Positions 13,133 through 26,514 of a DNA stretch of 64,000 nt are shown here, piece after piece; position 1 is the stretch's first letter, and each line of letters starts with the position of its first letter. This DNA is from Tubiluchus corallicola. Its lineage: Eukaryota > Animalia > Priapulida. The notes below the pieces were generated by a model. That model worked only from the letters and a program-made list of their open reading frames with translations, ran no database searches and was not told the origin of the DNA. The position numbers and the translations under genes were made by a program. The stretch lies in the NCBI GenBank assembly GCA_030141605.1, contig JAQGDQ010000562.1, positions 1 through 64,000 on the forward strand, given 5' to 3'.

Positions 13133-13297
13133 CGGAAAGAGTTGACAATTCCACACAATTTAAATACCCTAACCGCAACCCTAACTAAGCTCTAACCTTG
13201 ACCCTCGTCCTTATCCTAACCCTAACCTTGACCCTAATACTTCTCCTAATCCGCTTCAGGCACTAATTTCTTCTGCATTGGAAATTGTAAAATTTAG
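13133..13297. mobile_element. Short element with degenerate (CCCTAA)n core and subterminal inverted repeats (possibly DINE/Helentron-like)
   Basis: CCCTAA variants at 13167-13236; GTTGACAATTCCA is roughly inverted relative to TGGAAATTGTAAAA; the right part AATCCGCTTCA..CTAATTTC..AATTGTAAA recurs at 12421-12465. Confidence 0.5.
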
Positions 13298-14646
13298 CCA
13301 AAACTTACAGTTGTTAAAATTTTGATATTGATAATTATACATTAGGCATTTAGTGGGTAGTTAGTATAAACAACTAAATACTGCATTACACGTCCGTATC
13401 TTCTAAAGCACATTAGGCTAGCACTCAAAGAATGTAGTATTTTGATATAATATTAGTTGATTTGCAACAAGTAAATGTTAAATTTATGTTAAATTTGGTA
13501 AAACGATCTAAAAGTATTATGTGTAATATTTTTCATATATAATTTTGAGAATCAATAAAAATTTAATAAACATAAATAAAAAATTAGGTACATTATATTG
13601 GTGCCCAAGGGTATCAGTTACGATTAGCCTCTACCCCTTGTTAGGGTTTCCAGATGTTCTGTTTTCAAGGACTGTCTCTTTTTTCAGTCTATTGTCCCTG
13701 ATATTTGCTTTGGTTTGCTCGGAAATGTTTTCACAAAAACGCAGTGAAGTATGCAGAAAGCACGTGTTTCCAGCTTTATTAGTGCTAATGCCATGAATGT
13801 ATAATTGCATGATTAACTGTTTTATTGCCTTTTAAAGTGCTTTGGTGACATAGAGCTACCAGCTAAAATGATTTTAAATCATCATCACAAGTTAGTTTAG
13901 GTCTTGCTTTCTTGTATCATGTCTACCTGTAGCTTAGTTTGCCTGTCGTATATTATAGTATTAAAGAACAATACAATTATCATAAGGAGTATTAATACAT
14001 GGTTGAAGTCTGTGTACTGATTATATAATAAAGTAGTTCTTAGCTCTGGCTCTACATTGTTTCATTACATGGGTGTCTAGAAGCTGTAATTTTGCCAAAA
14101 AGTGGACCATGACATTGAAGCAAATATAAAGTCTATGGACCTCACTTCAGGAGGATCTTGAAAATACAAAATCGAATAAACAACTTTGGCAGTGATAATT
14201 ACATGACATCAGTTTGACATGCACAGCAGACAGCCATTGTGAAGTGTACAAAGTCATTACAGCAGAGACTGAAAAGCTCCATTCCACAAATTCTTTGCGC
14301 ATGGTGCATGACTACAAAACTTGTTTGTTATCGTAAAATGGAAATGCTGTGTAGAGATAAACATTACAGAACTGGTATGGGAAAAAGGTGCATATAGGTA
14401 ATATAAATCAATCGAGAAGGCAAATGTGCTTAACAACTGTGTGTTGTGTAAAATTTGGAGAAATTATTGTGCTTAATGTTTGTACCATAACTTTGCTATT
14501 ATTAAACTGCAACTTTGACAACGACCACCAGAAAGTTTATCACTACAAGGAAATGTCACTGGCAACTCAGCAAATTGACATTTATTAACAGCAAAACAAG
14601 CCACAAAGAAACTGGACAGTGTGATTTAGAGGCCCTGGAGTATTGG

Positions 14647-15944
14647 CAGGGCACTTTATTTATGACTTTAGTCATAAATTGCATAAATAGCTTATTTAAT
14701 ACTAATTTCAGATTTTATTTATGACGTGTCAAATTTTGACCAAAAATGCCATCCTGAGCTAAAAGAAATACATATTTTTAATCAGAATCTTGTATTTTGC
14801 CTTTCTTCGTTCTTCATTACATCAAAATGTAATAAAAATGTCTACTTTCATCATTTAAAGGCCTGAAGTTTCTCGTATTGTTTTGCATGCAGGCATCCCT
14901 CCAGACTGAAATCCGTGATCGTGTTTATAATAATTATAGTATCGGTTTTAATTTGTTTAGGATGACCTATAAAATTACTGCTCATAAAAATCAATCTATT
15001 AATTAATTCGTACAGTCACAATTCGTAGCCACAATTAGTACAAGTAAATAATGTATTTTTTTAAATATCGATTTTAAATTTAATGTTGGAAAATACTATT
15101 GGCTATTACATCTTTCTAGGGAACCGTCACGTATGTTTTCTAATTAAAATTACATTAAGCAAAATAACTAAACAAGAAAAACAGTTAAATTTTAATGACA
15201 ATGAAGCAACAAATTCTCCCAAAGATAAAATATGCTCAAATTCTAGCAGACGGCATTATTCTTATTTCTTGAGGATGAGGCAGTAAGGCACGGGAAACGC
15301 TTGCGGCAAACTCGAGCTAAAACCTACACCCAAGCCATTGACTTACGCCGCTTAGGGGTAAGCATCGAAGTTCGGTTCGATTCGAATTCGAAAGTCACAA
15401 ATTCGGTTCGATTCGAATTCGCTTTCTGGTAGAGAATGCTCACCCCTAACGCCGCTAGGATGAGAAAGGCACTGAAATGAACGTGCAAAGAAAAGAATTA
15501 GAAGTGTAGATTTCTGTTATTGTGCAGAGCGTAGGTTTGAGGCGGCAGAACTTTAGGACATTAAAATAGGTAAGCTGTCTTTAATTCAAATTTTCGATGG
15601 AACGACAACGATTCTGTCGGTGCCTATTTATTTTTTCGCGGTAACGCGCTCATTTACTTTTTATTATTTAGGTTACTTCTAGACGAGTTAATGACAGATA
15701 AACGCATCAGTTAGACAGTCTCAGTTACTGTGTTAGTCCACCAAACAGTCACGCGCAAGCTTCTTATGGACTGCCTGTGTGTGTGGGAGAGAGAGAGACG
15801 GTGGAAACAGTTTTCTGTACTGAATTTTTTGTTCCATTCATCGGGAAATGATTATTTTTCTTTCGTTATTTATGACAAATTTGAAATCTTATTTATGACT
15901 ATTTATGACTATTTTGCAAGAAAAGTCATAAATAAAGTGCCCTG
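14647..15944. mobile_element. Non-autonomous hAT-type DNA transposon, 1298 bp
   Basis: Perfect 23-bp TIR CAGGGCACTTTATTTATGACTTT (14647-14669 / 15922-15944), perfect 8-bp TSD AGTATTGG (14639-14646, 15945-15952), subterminal TATTTATGAC repeats, no transposase ORF. Confidence 0.92.
15353..15448. mobile_element. 96-bp hAT-type MITE nested in the 1.3-kb element
   Basis: TIR TAGGGGT(A/G)AGCAT (12/13), perfect 8-bp TSD ACGCCGCT (15345-15352, 15449-15456), internal TTCGGTTCGATTCGAATTCG x2. Confidence 0.92.
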
Positions 15945-16719
15945 AGTATTGGAGTTAGTTTACCTATGCTGAAGGGCACAATCGGGGAGAGTCTGAAATT
16001 GTAGTTTCAAAATTTCAGCATTTGGAAAGCAAAAAGAGGTTACTTGATTGATCTTGAAAAGTCAACTCAACCTTGTGAATTTTGAGAAAAGGATAACCTG
16101 ATTAGTGACAAGATTGTGTTCTCCGTGATACAGGCTTGTTGTACTGAGAAAGCATTTTCTTCAGATCTAACACCGTAAGGGAGTGCTGCACTCTAGTTTT
16201 GAAATCGTTTTTCAAGGATCACAAATTTGTTCAATTAATTTGGTTTTTGGCATAAAAATAACCGTTTTGGCCGTCACACTTTGATTAACTAAACACAATA
16301 TCTGCAGCTAAAGGCCGATGCTTAAAATCTGACTCATGATTTGAACCCACATCTTTTTTCTCAGACCTAAGGCCACCTCACTCTATTTGTAAACTAATAA
16401 TATCTGCGTACTAGTACCTCACTGCTTGGCTAGGAGTGCTAGTTTGGAAATTCTTAGACTAAATTCAACCAAAAGAGACAGTGAAATAGTAAATCGGCCT
16501 TATATTAAGTTGTAACTGACACTAGATGTAATCCTAAGGTTGTCCATCACTACACATTACTCTATTAATAATATTTCCGAGTTCGTCTGATTTATCGCCA
16601 ACCATTGAAAGTCGAAAGTGAAACCCATTTCACACAAAACGGGCGGCTAGTGCCGCTATATATTGAGATGCAGGCATTTACGCATATCATGTAAAATCTT
16701 TCTCTGTCCATCTCTCTGC

Positions 16720-16728
16720 TTCTCCCTC

Positions 16729-16820
<92 letters not shown>

Positions 16821-16835
16821 TCTCTCTCTCTCTTT
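16720..16835. repeat. (CT)n microsatellite
   Basis: Near-pure CT dinucleotide run of about 100 bp. Confidence 0.97.
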
Positions 16836-17400
16836 TTCTTTATTTTTCTCTCTCTACTTCTTCATTTTTCTTCTGCCATCTTGCCAGGGCTAGATGTCAA
16901 GACGCTCCTAAAACTTTGCCCATATCATGTGGGTTAATCACTATTTTTAGAAAATGTATTTGAATAAACTGTTTACATAATTGATGTAGTATTTTTGAAG
17001 AAAATTTTAATATAAAGTGCTCAGTTCTCAGCAGAGATGTGACTGAGGTCATAATAATTAGGTTTTTGGTAGGATTACTGGGTTTAATTTAAGTTAGATT
17101 TTAATCAATTCATGTGAGGATTAGCATTTACTTAGTGTTACTAGCAGTGGTTTAAACTAGGCATTTTTGTGCCCTGGTCATCATGTGATACATAAACATT
17201 CTATTCTGTTCTATTAGATATTAGAATAGATAGATGCTTTTGAGTCTCAGTGTGAAACATGAATCTTTGAGGTGTTTACCTGTTGCCACTGTCCAGCTAG
17301 GTAATCTTGTTTTATAACATTGTGGCCCTGCAGTACTTTGTTTTAAAAAACAAATTATAGATAAGTTTCAAATTTCAGGTTTCAAAATTAATTTATCATC

Positions 17401-20400
17401 ATGGACGAGCTTGAGAATCCCGAGTTTATGAGAGCTGCTAGCTACACACCTGGCGGTCCAGAAAACATTACCATAACAAGTGTTCCTGTACCTACTCTGC
17501 AATCTAAGCAGGTCTTGATACAGGTAAAATGATCAGCAAGACATTCATAGTAATTATTGTTTTACTATAAATCTAAAGGTAGACCTCCTAACTTAGACTA
17601 AACAATGCGTGAATGTAGTAAATATCTATTTAACATGTTATAAATGTGAAATAAATGGCTAGTTTACAATCTACACCAGGGTTCAGAAGTTACTGTTATT
17701 AGAAGTACTAGTTAATTCTTTATTATAAACCGTTATAGTATTTCACGTGTAGCAGACTATTTTTACTTTTCTGCTCATTCTGGTTGCAACAGACAAATGC
17801 ACCATGTAATAATGGCCACCAAGCAAGTCATCAGTAGATATATCATGCTTAGACACTCTAGCTTTATGGCCAGAATCAAATTCTTGCCCATTATGTGTGT
17901 CGCCTTATAATACTCCATAGTTTAACATATTAACACAGCTTAGTCCATGGCGTAGTATCACTAATGTAACGATGTTGTGCTGAGGGCTGACTGTGCAAAC
18001 TGGATGGTAGACTTCTTTTAATCACCAGAAACAAGGAATGGCAGAAGAAGGAAAAAAGTTGTCATTTATTAATGCCATAAAAGCTCAGGACCTAAAGTAA
18101 TCCCTCAACACTTATGGTCTGTTAACTTACTATGTGCTACAAAGCTGCTGAAAAGGAAAAGTTAAGTTTAGGATTAATTTGTATCATCTTAACTATTGTG
18201 TTTACAACAATACATAACTAGAACAATTTATTACAAGCACAAATTACGTAGCATGAAGAGACAAAAAACACATTAAGAATGATGAACTTTGTGGTACTAC
18301 CGTATATACTCGCATATAAGCCTACATCGCATATAAGCCGACCCCCTAAAACTGCTTTAAAATGGCCAGTTTTTGCAAAAACCCGTATATAAGCCGACCA
18401 TCAACTTGTCTAATTTTACTCCATACCCACTCAACAAAATTGATCCCTTTTTGTCACATATATTTATACATTTTTAATATTTTTTATCTAATGAATACAA
18501 AAAGCAGACATTTATTGAAATGTGAATTTTTTCTAAAAAAAAGTGGGTGGACGGCGATCCCCCACGATCCCCCTCCAATACACCACTGGTGACACACAAC
18601 CAAATAAAGAGTCAGATAGCGATGAAAATGTGTGGCTGGAAAATTGGCATTAGTGTCTGTCCTTGTGTTCATTTTGTTTCATGCGCATATAAGCCGACCC
18701 CCTGATTTCAGTATTGTATTTTATAGTTCTAAATTCGGCTTATATGCGAGTATATACGGTAAGCAGGTTAGTAAAACTGAAAATAACTGTTCATAACCAA
18801 AACCTCTAAGGTCATGTAAGTGTAAAGGTACTAAAATCACATACAGAAATCAGTGAACCAAATTACTTACAATAGATTTGTGAGCACATTTTCTCACAAG
18901 AACTCATCAACAAGTATAAGAGAAGCAAAAAAAATTGAATGGTTTCTCTGACAGAGTGGAAAATTTTTCCTTTTTTCAAAGTTAATACGTTGTGTTAATA
19001 AGGCAGTTTCTAAGATTACAGCAGTCGAATCAAAACACGTTTACCTACAGGCCTTAGCATATAGTACCCAAATTGCATGGGAGTTATAATAGTCATTACA
19101 ATGTAGCAAAAGAAAAAAAAATTCAGAAATGCATCATAACTTGTGAAATACCATATGTTATACAAAAATGTATAGTGGCATTTCACGACAGCCGTTTCCC
19201 CACATATGTTTCTTCTACTTGTTTTGCTTAGACGTGTATATCAGATTTTGTTTTTGGGTTACTCACTTGCATGTAACTTTATATACTGATTACTTTTGCC
19301 GTGAAGACAATCTCGTTTTCATTGTTTTGTTGTTCTTCAAAGCACTTAGGTGATAAAAACATAATAAGCGAGAAACCCAATGGTTCTGGGCTAGTTATAT
19401 AATAACGTGATTCAACAGTAGCTTCAAAATTCTGTATCTAAGCTTGTGATTTGTTGTCCTAGCCAGAAGAACATTTGTGTAGATGATGTTTATTATACCT
19501 TAGTGTACAAAGAGCTCTTTAAAATTAATTTTTTATCACACAATTTTGTGCTTGCGACTTTGTTCAAAGTTCAGTGCCAAACATGATCTTATTTGAGCTG
19601 TAACCAGTCACAGCATACTGTACTAGTTTTTCAAACTTATATACGGTGATCTTTCCTTCTGCACTAAATTTGTTCAACACGTTGATAATTTGCAAGATTG
19701 TTGATGCTAAAATATGCATGCTTGTGACTCTAGGTTGTTTATTATTTTGCATAATTATTAATTTCTTGTTTTTTACCTTATTTAATCTTATTTTTGTCTC
19801 AATTCAATCTTTAGTATGTCACTAGGTGTATGCTACAGCAGTGAATCGTGCTGACACTCTTCAACGCTGTGGTCTTTACCCACCGCCCCCTGGTGCCAGC
19901 GATGTTCTTGGACTGGAAGCAGCAGGTGTCGTTAGGAAGTTAGGTAATGACTGCTCATCAAAGTGGCATGTCGGGGACAGGTACAAACTTTGCTAATTAA
20001 CAAGAATTTCTCATTGCCTCTTTCTTTTAAGCAATGTTGGAACATTGTTGTTCTAGTTTTGAAGGTGGATTTCATTGTAGTGCTATTTATAAATGCTATG
20101 GACTGCTTCCTACATACTTGCCTGTAATATTGTCTTGCTTTTGCTAAATATATTCTAAGACAAAGAAATTTATTTAAAGAGGCAGCTGATTGAACCGAAA
20201 GTTATGTGTGAATAAACCAATTTTCTTTATGCAAAAGGGTTATGAATTTCATAGAAGCAGCTAAATAGTTTAGGTGTAAAACTAACCCGAATCTAGGTGT
20301 TGTTAAAGTCAAACTATACCCTCACTATAATATAAGCTTTTACACTTAACAGCCTACTCTCATTACAAATATTTAATTTTTTTTAAGTTATAAACTTAGT

Positions 20401-23400
20401 GTAAAACTTGATTCTTTTGATTTTTTATCACTTCGTCGTTAGTGGTATTAAATTTGAAGAATCTCCATTTTTCGTTGGATGAGACGAATGCCATAATGAT
20501 TGTAGTCCCAAGGTCACCCAAGATCGGTAACCAAAGATGCTTTCTATGCTTTGTACGTCATTCTCGCTCTAAACACGTGAAACATGGCGATCTTTACAGC
20601 ATAGCACACATTCGAATGTGTAATTATTCCACCAGACATGTATATAACGCCAGAAAAAGACAAGTTATTTAATTTAAAAGTTTCTTTTGTTTAATAATAA
20701 TAATTATGAATTCTTTGTGTCATAATGCGTTAGGAAATGTCTGTTGGGGTTATATAGGCTTTTAAGTAGAGGTCTGTGAAATGGGTTTTTTAATCTCGAG
20801 ACAGGAAGATAAATTGTGTTTCTTGCAAGAAAGATGAAAAATTTTCTGAAAAGTCAACTGTATTTAATAAAAATTTAAAATAACATGTAGTTTTGCTTTC
20901 CGTGTAAACCAACGTGTCCGTCCTGTGCTCTCAGAATTGCATTAAATATTTACTAATTTAGCAATTAATAAAAAAATAAGTGATTACTCCTCATTCGCTT
21001 AACGGTTTAGGATAACTCAGTTAAGAAAATGAAAAAAACTTTTGGAAACCAAGAATTTTTGTTACCACCACCATTTCTCATGTCTCGACCTATTTGTTTT
21101 CCTCCATCGCGTTGAGATGTGAAATGCAATTTTTGGTGAGACCCAAAACAAGATGACGTTTTTACAGAAACTTGTTAAATTCCCTAATCATTGATGTAGA
21201 GAGTTTCAGCTTTTTGCTATAACAACCTATTGTACTATTTCAACCAGCAGGAAACTCATTATAAGCTGTAGGTACAGCATGTAACATGTAGTTTCAGTAT
21301 ACGTCTTTGAATGAACTGTAATGTACCTAATGCTATAGCAGCCTATGCACCTATACATCTACCAGTATATCTATACATCTATATCTACCAATACATCTAC
21401 ATCTACCAATACATCTATACATCTACCAATACATCTACATCTGCCAATACATCTACATCTACCAATACATCTATATCTACCAATACATCTACATCTACCA
21501 ATACATCTATACATCTACCAATACATCTACATCTGCCAATACATCTACATCTACCAATACATCTACATCTACCAATACATCTACATCTACCAATACGTCT
21601 ACATCTACCAATACATCTACATCTACCAATACATCTACATCTACCAATACATCTACATCTGCCAATACAGCTACATCTACAAATACATCTATACATTTAC
21701 TAATACATCTATGCATCTACCAATACATCTATACATCTACCAATACATCTACCAATACATCTACTTCTACCAATACATCTACATCTACCATTACATCTAT
21801 ACATCTACCCATACATCTACATCTACCAATACATCTACATCTGCCAATACATCTACATCTACCAATACATCTATACATCTACTAATACATCTATACATCT
21901 ACCAATACATCTATACATCTACCAATACATCTACATCTACATCTACCAATACATCTACACATCTACTAATACATCTACATCATCTACCAATACGTCTATA
22001 TTTATCAACACATATACATCCTACCAATACATCTACATCTACCAATACATCTATACTTCTACCAATTAAATAATTACAAAATTTTTGCTTCTACAATACA
22101 TGCTGAGAAAAAGAAGCCTAACAAAAGCTGAAATGCTAAGATTTTAATAAGACATCTAGCAATGACAAGTGTTTCAGAAACAGAAATCTTGGTAGAAAAT
22201 AAAGTCAGTAAAGCTTGTGACGACAATGTCAGCTATGCATTCATGAGTTATTTAATTAAAATGCTTTACATTTATTTAAAGAGTGATGGCGTTACTACCT
22301 GGGGGAGGTTATGCGGAATATGTATGCGTCAATGAAGATCATATCATGAGGATACCTGTTACGTTTGATTCCACACAGGCAGCAGCTATTCCAGAAGTTT
22401 GGTTAACAGCTTATCAACTTCTACATTTTCTCGGTTTGTATATAGAATATATGTCTGTCTGGAGTGATGTCTTGACTGGGTGTCTTATTTACTGTGCATG
22501 CTAGCAATTTAGTTAATTTAATTTAATACGAGTTTAATTTTGTTAAAATTTCTTGTTCTACATTATAATTCAGCAAATCTAGTGTAGGATGTGGGTTTAC
22601 GAAACATGGATCTTCTGGACTTTTAAATTCTTTGTTATGTTATGCATTTTATGTAGATTAAATTCTCCTAAATTTTTGGTCTTTTCTGTAGCTGTAACCA
22701 CATATCAAGTTGTCATGTGGTTCAAAATTTGAGTGTTTCATAGGTTTCAATGAGGCGGTCGTACAAAGTTCAAATTTTATGACAATGAAACATGGAAACT
22801 GCGGTAATTTCTGTGTTCATTGTGAATACCAATTACCAAATGCCATTGTATTCATAAGAGAAATTTAAACATTTTGCACTTACTTATATAAGTATAATCT
22901 TGATCTGAATAACAAACAGTTTAATATTTTATCTGTTGTCACTAATGTACCAAAAAGATGTTTGTGCATTTCATGTCATGCATCATGTTGCAAAGGTGAA
23001 ATTTAGAATTAAATGTTTCTTGTGTGTGAAAATGTTGCATGAGAAACATGGATGGTCGTGAACAAATGAGGATCTTGTTGATGTGATTAATAAAATTTCT
23101 TTTACACGTGTAATTTTTGTAGTTAAAAAATAAAAAAATATCTATGTTGTTTGTAAGAAGAAAACATATATATAGCATTATATTAATTTGTTATGACTGG
23201 TAAAGTTATAATTTATTAATTATATTGTAATTTATGAAACTATTTTAAGCATATTTAAGTGAAATTAATCTTAAATTAGCGTAATTATTTTTAACAAAGC
23301 TCCAGTTCAACTAACTTGCAAAGGCATCTAACGCTATTCTGCATTTACTTTTTGTAAACTGATTTTATTGTATTTGCTAAAACGGTTTTTTGTTGTATGT

Positions 23401-26400
23401 CTACATCAAGTCTTTGTAAATAACTGTGTTCTAGGAAATGTAAGCTCAGGTGAAACAGTGCTCATTCATGCTGGTGCTAGTGGTGTAGGTACTGCAGTGG
23501 TGCAACTTACCCGGCTAGCTGGTGCTGTTCCCATAGTAACAGCAGGATCAGCAGGTAAACTACAGAAATGTAAACACCTAGGTGCTGCAGTCGGATTCAA
23601 TTATAAAGAGTTGAACGGCAAGTTTGCAGATTCTGTGTTGAAAGAAACTTCTGGTAAGTGTATAGATCTGGCTTTCAGGGTTCCCATGGTCAGAGAAAAT
23701 AATAGAAAATCCTTGAAAATACAGGCTATGCTGGAAGGTCTTGGAAAGGTCAGGGAAAAAGATAATTTGGTAAAAAGTCAGGGAAATTGGAAAGGGTTGC
23801 AAAAATAATCACCGTGAACTGATATTTTTTTCAAAGATATTTTCCAGCGCTTCTTGTTCAAATAAAATTTTGCTGTGGCAGGCTCCCAGTTTCGATTTCT
23901 GTTACAAAAATAATGATTGGCCGACACATTATATATCAGTATATGTATGAATGAATACACAAAAAAGTTTGAATATGTATACTGATAATGCTATTTCTAC
24001 TTATCTTGGTCAGGGAAAATCAATATTTGGTCAGGGAAAACTCCTTGAAAAGTCATTGCAATTTATTTTAAAATTCTGTGGGAACCATGGGCTTTGCACT
24101 AGGGACTATATGTTCTAAACATTGATGTGAATAATGTTGTTAATAAAGAACAGGTCGCATGTTGACTGGAAGCCATTGTGCTTTCTGTCATGTTTGTGCC
24201 TTGAAGTATATTTATTTGGAATTTACTTTTGAGCAGCAGTGTTGTTAACGATCATGAAAAATTGAATGCGATCACGATCAAGAAAGAATTGATTTCGAAT
24301 CGTGATCACAATCATTAGAACATTTTTGTTTGCAAACACGATCATGATTGATTTTCAGAGCTGACTGTGATCCTGTTCACGATCGTGAACAAGCAATTTA
24401 ATGCTTGCTGTGCGTGAATTCACAAATGCACAGCTGTGCTTTTATTTAAACATGATTGTATTTGCATTTATGTATTCCAGACACTACCATAGCCATAGAC
24501 TTTACCAAAGTTGTTTGGTTGAGTTGGGCACCTTGCATTCTTGGTGCAGTTGTTTTGGCCTGCACTATCATAATAGTGTTAAAGACTTTTTCATTACGTT
24601 TCTGAAAGTGATGTGTGCTTGGAAATTATTTATTTTGTATTAAATAATTAAATATTATGGAAAAATTGAGTAGGAATTCTGAAAATTTCTTTGAAGGTTT
24701 GAAAGAAAGGATCACTAGAATTACGCTATGATCACGATCAATGATAACGTTTTGAGAAAATGATTGCAGTCATTTGTGTGATCAGAGAATTTGATCGCGT
24801 TACCATTCCTGATCATTTCCCATTGTGATCATTACAACCCTGACGAGCAGTATTAAAAATATGCTGTTACATGTACCCAGTTGAATGCAGCTGGTAATAC
24901 ATTGTCAGAACCACACAGCCGCTGCAGAATGAAAGGGAGTCTTGCATTTGTTATTGTTAATATCACTACGTTTTCAGCAATCGTAGTTACTATGAATTGC
25001 ATCGTAATTTATAATTTCGTGAACTAATAAACAAATTTTTATGGCTGTTAGATAAAGATAGATGGTTGCCCGTCGCCTGAATTTAAGACTCATACAGTGT
25101 TATTTTTGTAGTTGATAAAAGTGCCATTACCTGGAAGGAATTTGTTGAAACATTGAAGTTAAACAAAAAACGTTCTCAGATGAGTTCAGCACAGTGAGAA
25201 GTTGAGCTTCAAAACAGCTGTATAATTAGCTACCAAAAATTTAAGAAAAAGTGACATTTGTGTACATCAGACTTTGTATTTTCAACAAATTTTGCAGGTA
25301 AGGGAGTTGATTTGATCTTAGACTGTGTGGGCGGTTCTTTCTGGGAGGAGAATGCTCGAGCTGTTAGCATTGGTGGAAGGTGGATTATATATGGATCAAT
25401 GGGTGGAACAAGAGTGGAGGGTGAGCTGCTAGGACAAATTCTGCGCAAGCGGCTAAGATTAGAAGGAACCACCTTGCGAGCTCGTAGTGATGAGGTATGT
25501 TGTTTATATGTATCTAGGAAACGTATCTAGTTGAAAGACAAAAATCTACATTTTTAATTAGATCAGTAAATCAGCTAGCTCGGTTGAGGTTGACTGACTT
25601 TTCAGCTGAGCTGGCTCAAAGAAAAATCATCTAAGTCAGCTTAAGATGCGAATTTTTTTAGTTAAATAAATGATGAATTGTTAGTTAACTGTTAGTTTTG
25701 GACACAAATTTTTTAAATAATTCGTGTTGCTTATAGACAGAGAAAAGCTGATATACAAATTCAAATAATGGATTAGAGATTTTTTATTATTATAAAAAAG
25801 CAATTTATTTATAGCAAATATAATTTACATCCAACTCTTGGAAAGGCTTATCTTAAACGCCAAAATGATTCCATATGTGTGACTGACGTTGCCTATTCGT
25901 GTATTTAATTTTGAATTAACCCGCTTTCTCGTTCAAAAATTTCTGAAGTTTAGTATCCCTGTCAGCACACGTACAATCTGACCACGAATCTGAGATGCAA
26001 TTGCCATATTTAAATCAGTGATTTACACTGTCACGTGATTGTTGCCAGAGCGAAAATCTTCTCAGCCGACAAAAATGTCGTCTAGCTCGACTCCTATCAC
26101 TGAATGACTGGCGCGATTAAAACTGGGCTTTTTATCGGCTAGATCGGCTGTAGAAATAAACCTGCTGGAGCTCAGCTGAAACGGTGCAGCTCTGGGCTTT
26201 AGTTATAATGTGATGTAGCTATAATATGTGTACAGCATAATAATTAGATATAGGTAAGAATTTTGTTTTTATTAGTAAAATTTTAAATTTTCTAATTTCA
26301 GTACAAAAGCAGACTAATCAGTGAATTCTGTGCGAATGCTTTGCCACACTTCACTACTGGGAAACTAGTGCCAGTGATTGACACGATTTTTCCATTTGGC

Positions 26401-26514
26401 AAAGTTGTAGAAGCTCACAGGATGATGGAAAAGAATTTAAACTCTGGTAAAATTGTGATAACCATACGAGCAGATACTGAGACAATATCACCGCTTATTG
26501 ATTCTGGTTTGTGA
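17401..26514 (+). CDS. TP53I3: NADPH:quinone oxidoreductase, PIG3/TP53I3-like (MDR/zeta-crystallin family), 352 aa
   Basis: Exons 17401-17523, 19826-19980, 22282-22433, 23435-23653, 25298-25494, 26302-26514 (1059 nt, GT-AG, phases match). Motifs [101 protein letters not shown]. Confidence 0.93.
18300..18759. mobile_element. Tc1/mariner-superfamily (Tc2/pogo-like) MITE
   Basis: Perfect 23-bp TIR CCGTATATACTCGCATATAAGCC, TA on both sides, internal ATATAAGCCGACC repeats. Confidence 0.9.
21350..22066. repeat. (ATCTAC)n-based 18-bp micro/minisatellite
   Basis: Unit TACATCTACATCTACCAA with variants; accounts for the low-complexity ORFs here. Confidence 0.95.
23676..24089. mobile_element. hAT-like MITE
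   Basis: Ends CAGGGTTCCCA / TGGGAACCATG, subterminal GTCAGGGAAA repeats, GGCTTT on both flanks. Confidence 0.75.
24237..24842. mobile_element. hAT-like MITE with GATCAC repeats
   Basis: Ends CAGTGTTGTTAACGATCA / TGATCATTACAACCCTG; flanks TTGAGCAG and ACGAGCAG match 6/8. Confidence 0.7.

Noticed and set aside
13167-13236. Interstitial telomere
   Set aside because: CCCTAA units are short and degenerate and sit inside a small repeated element.
21311-22073. Long ORFs (130 and 242 aa) rich in HLPI/TSTN/YIYQ; similar cases at 32367-32853, 44269-44517 and 45125-45658
   Set aside because: Translations of simple repeats that are open in several frames.
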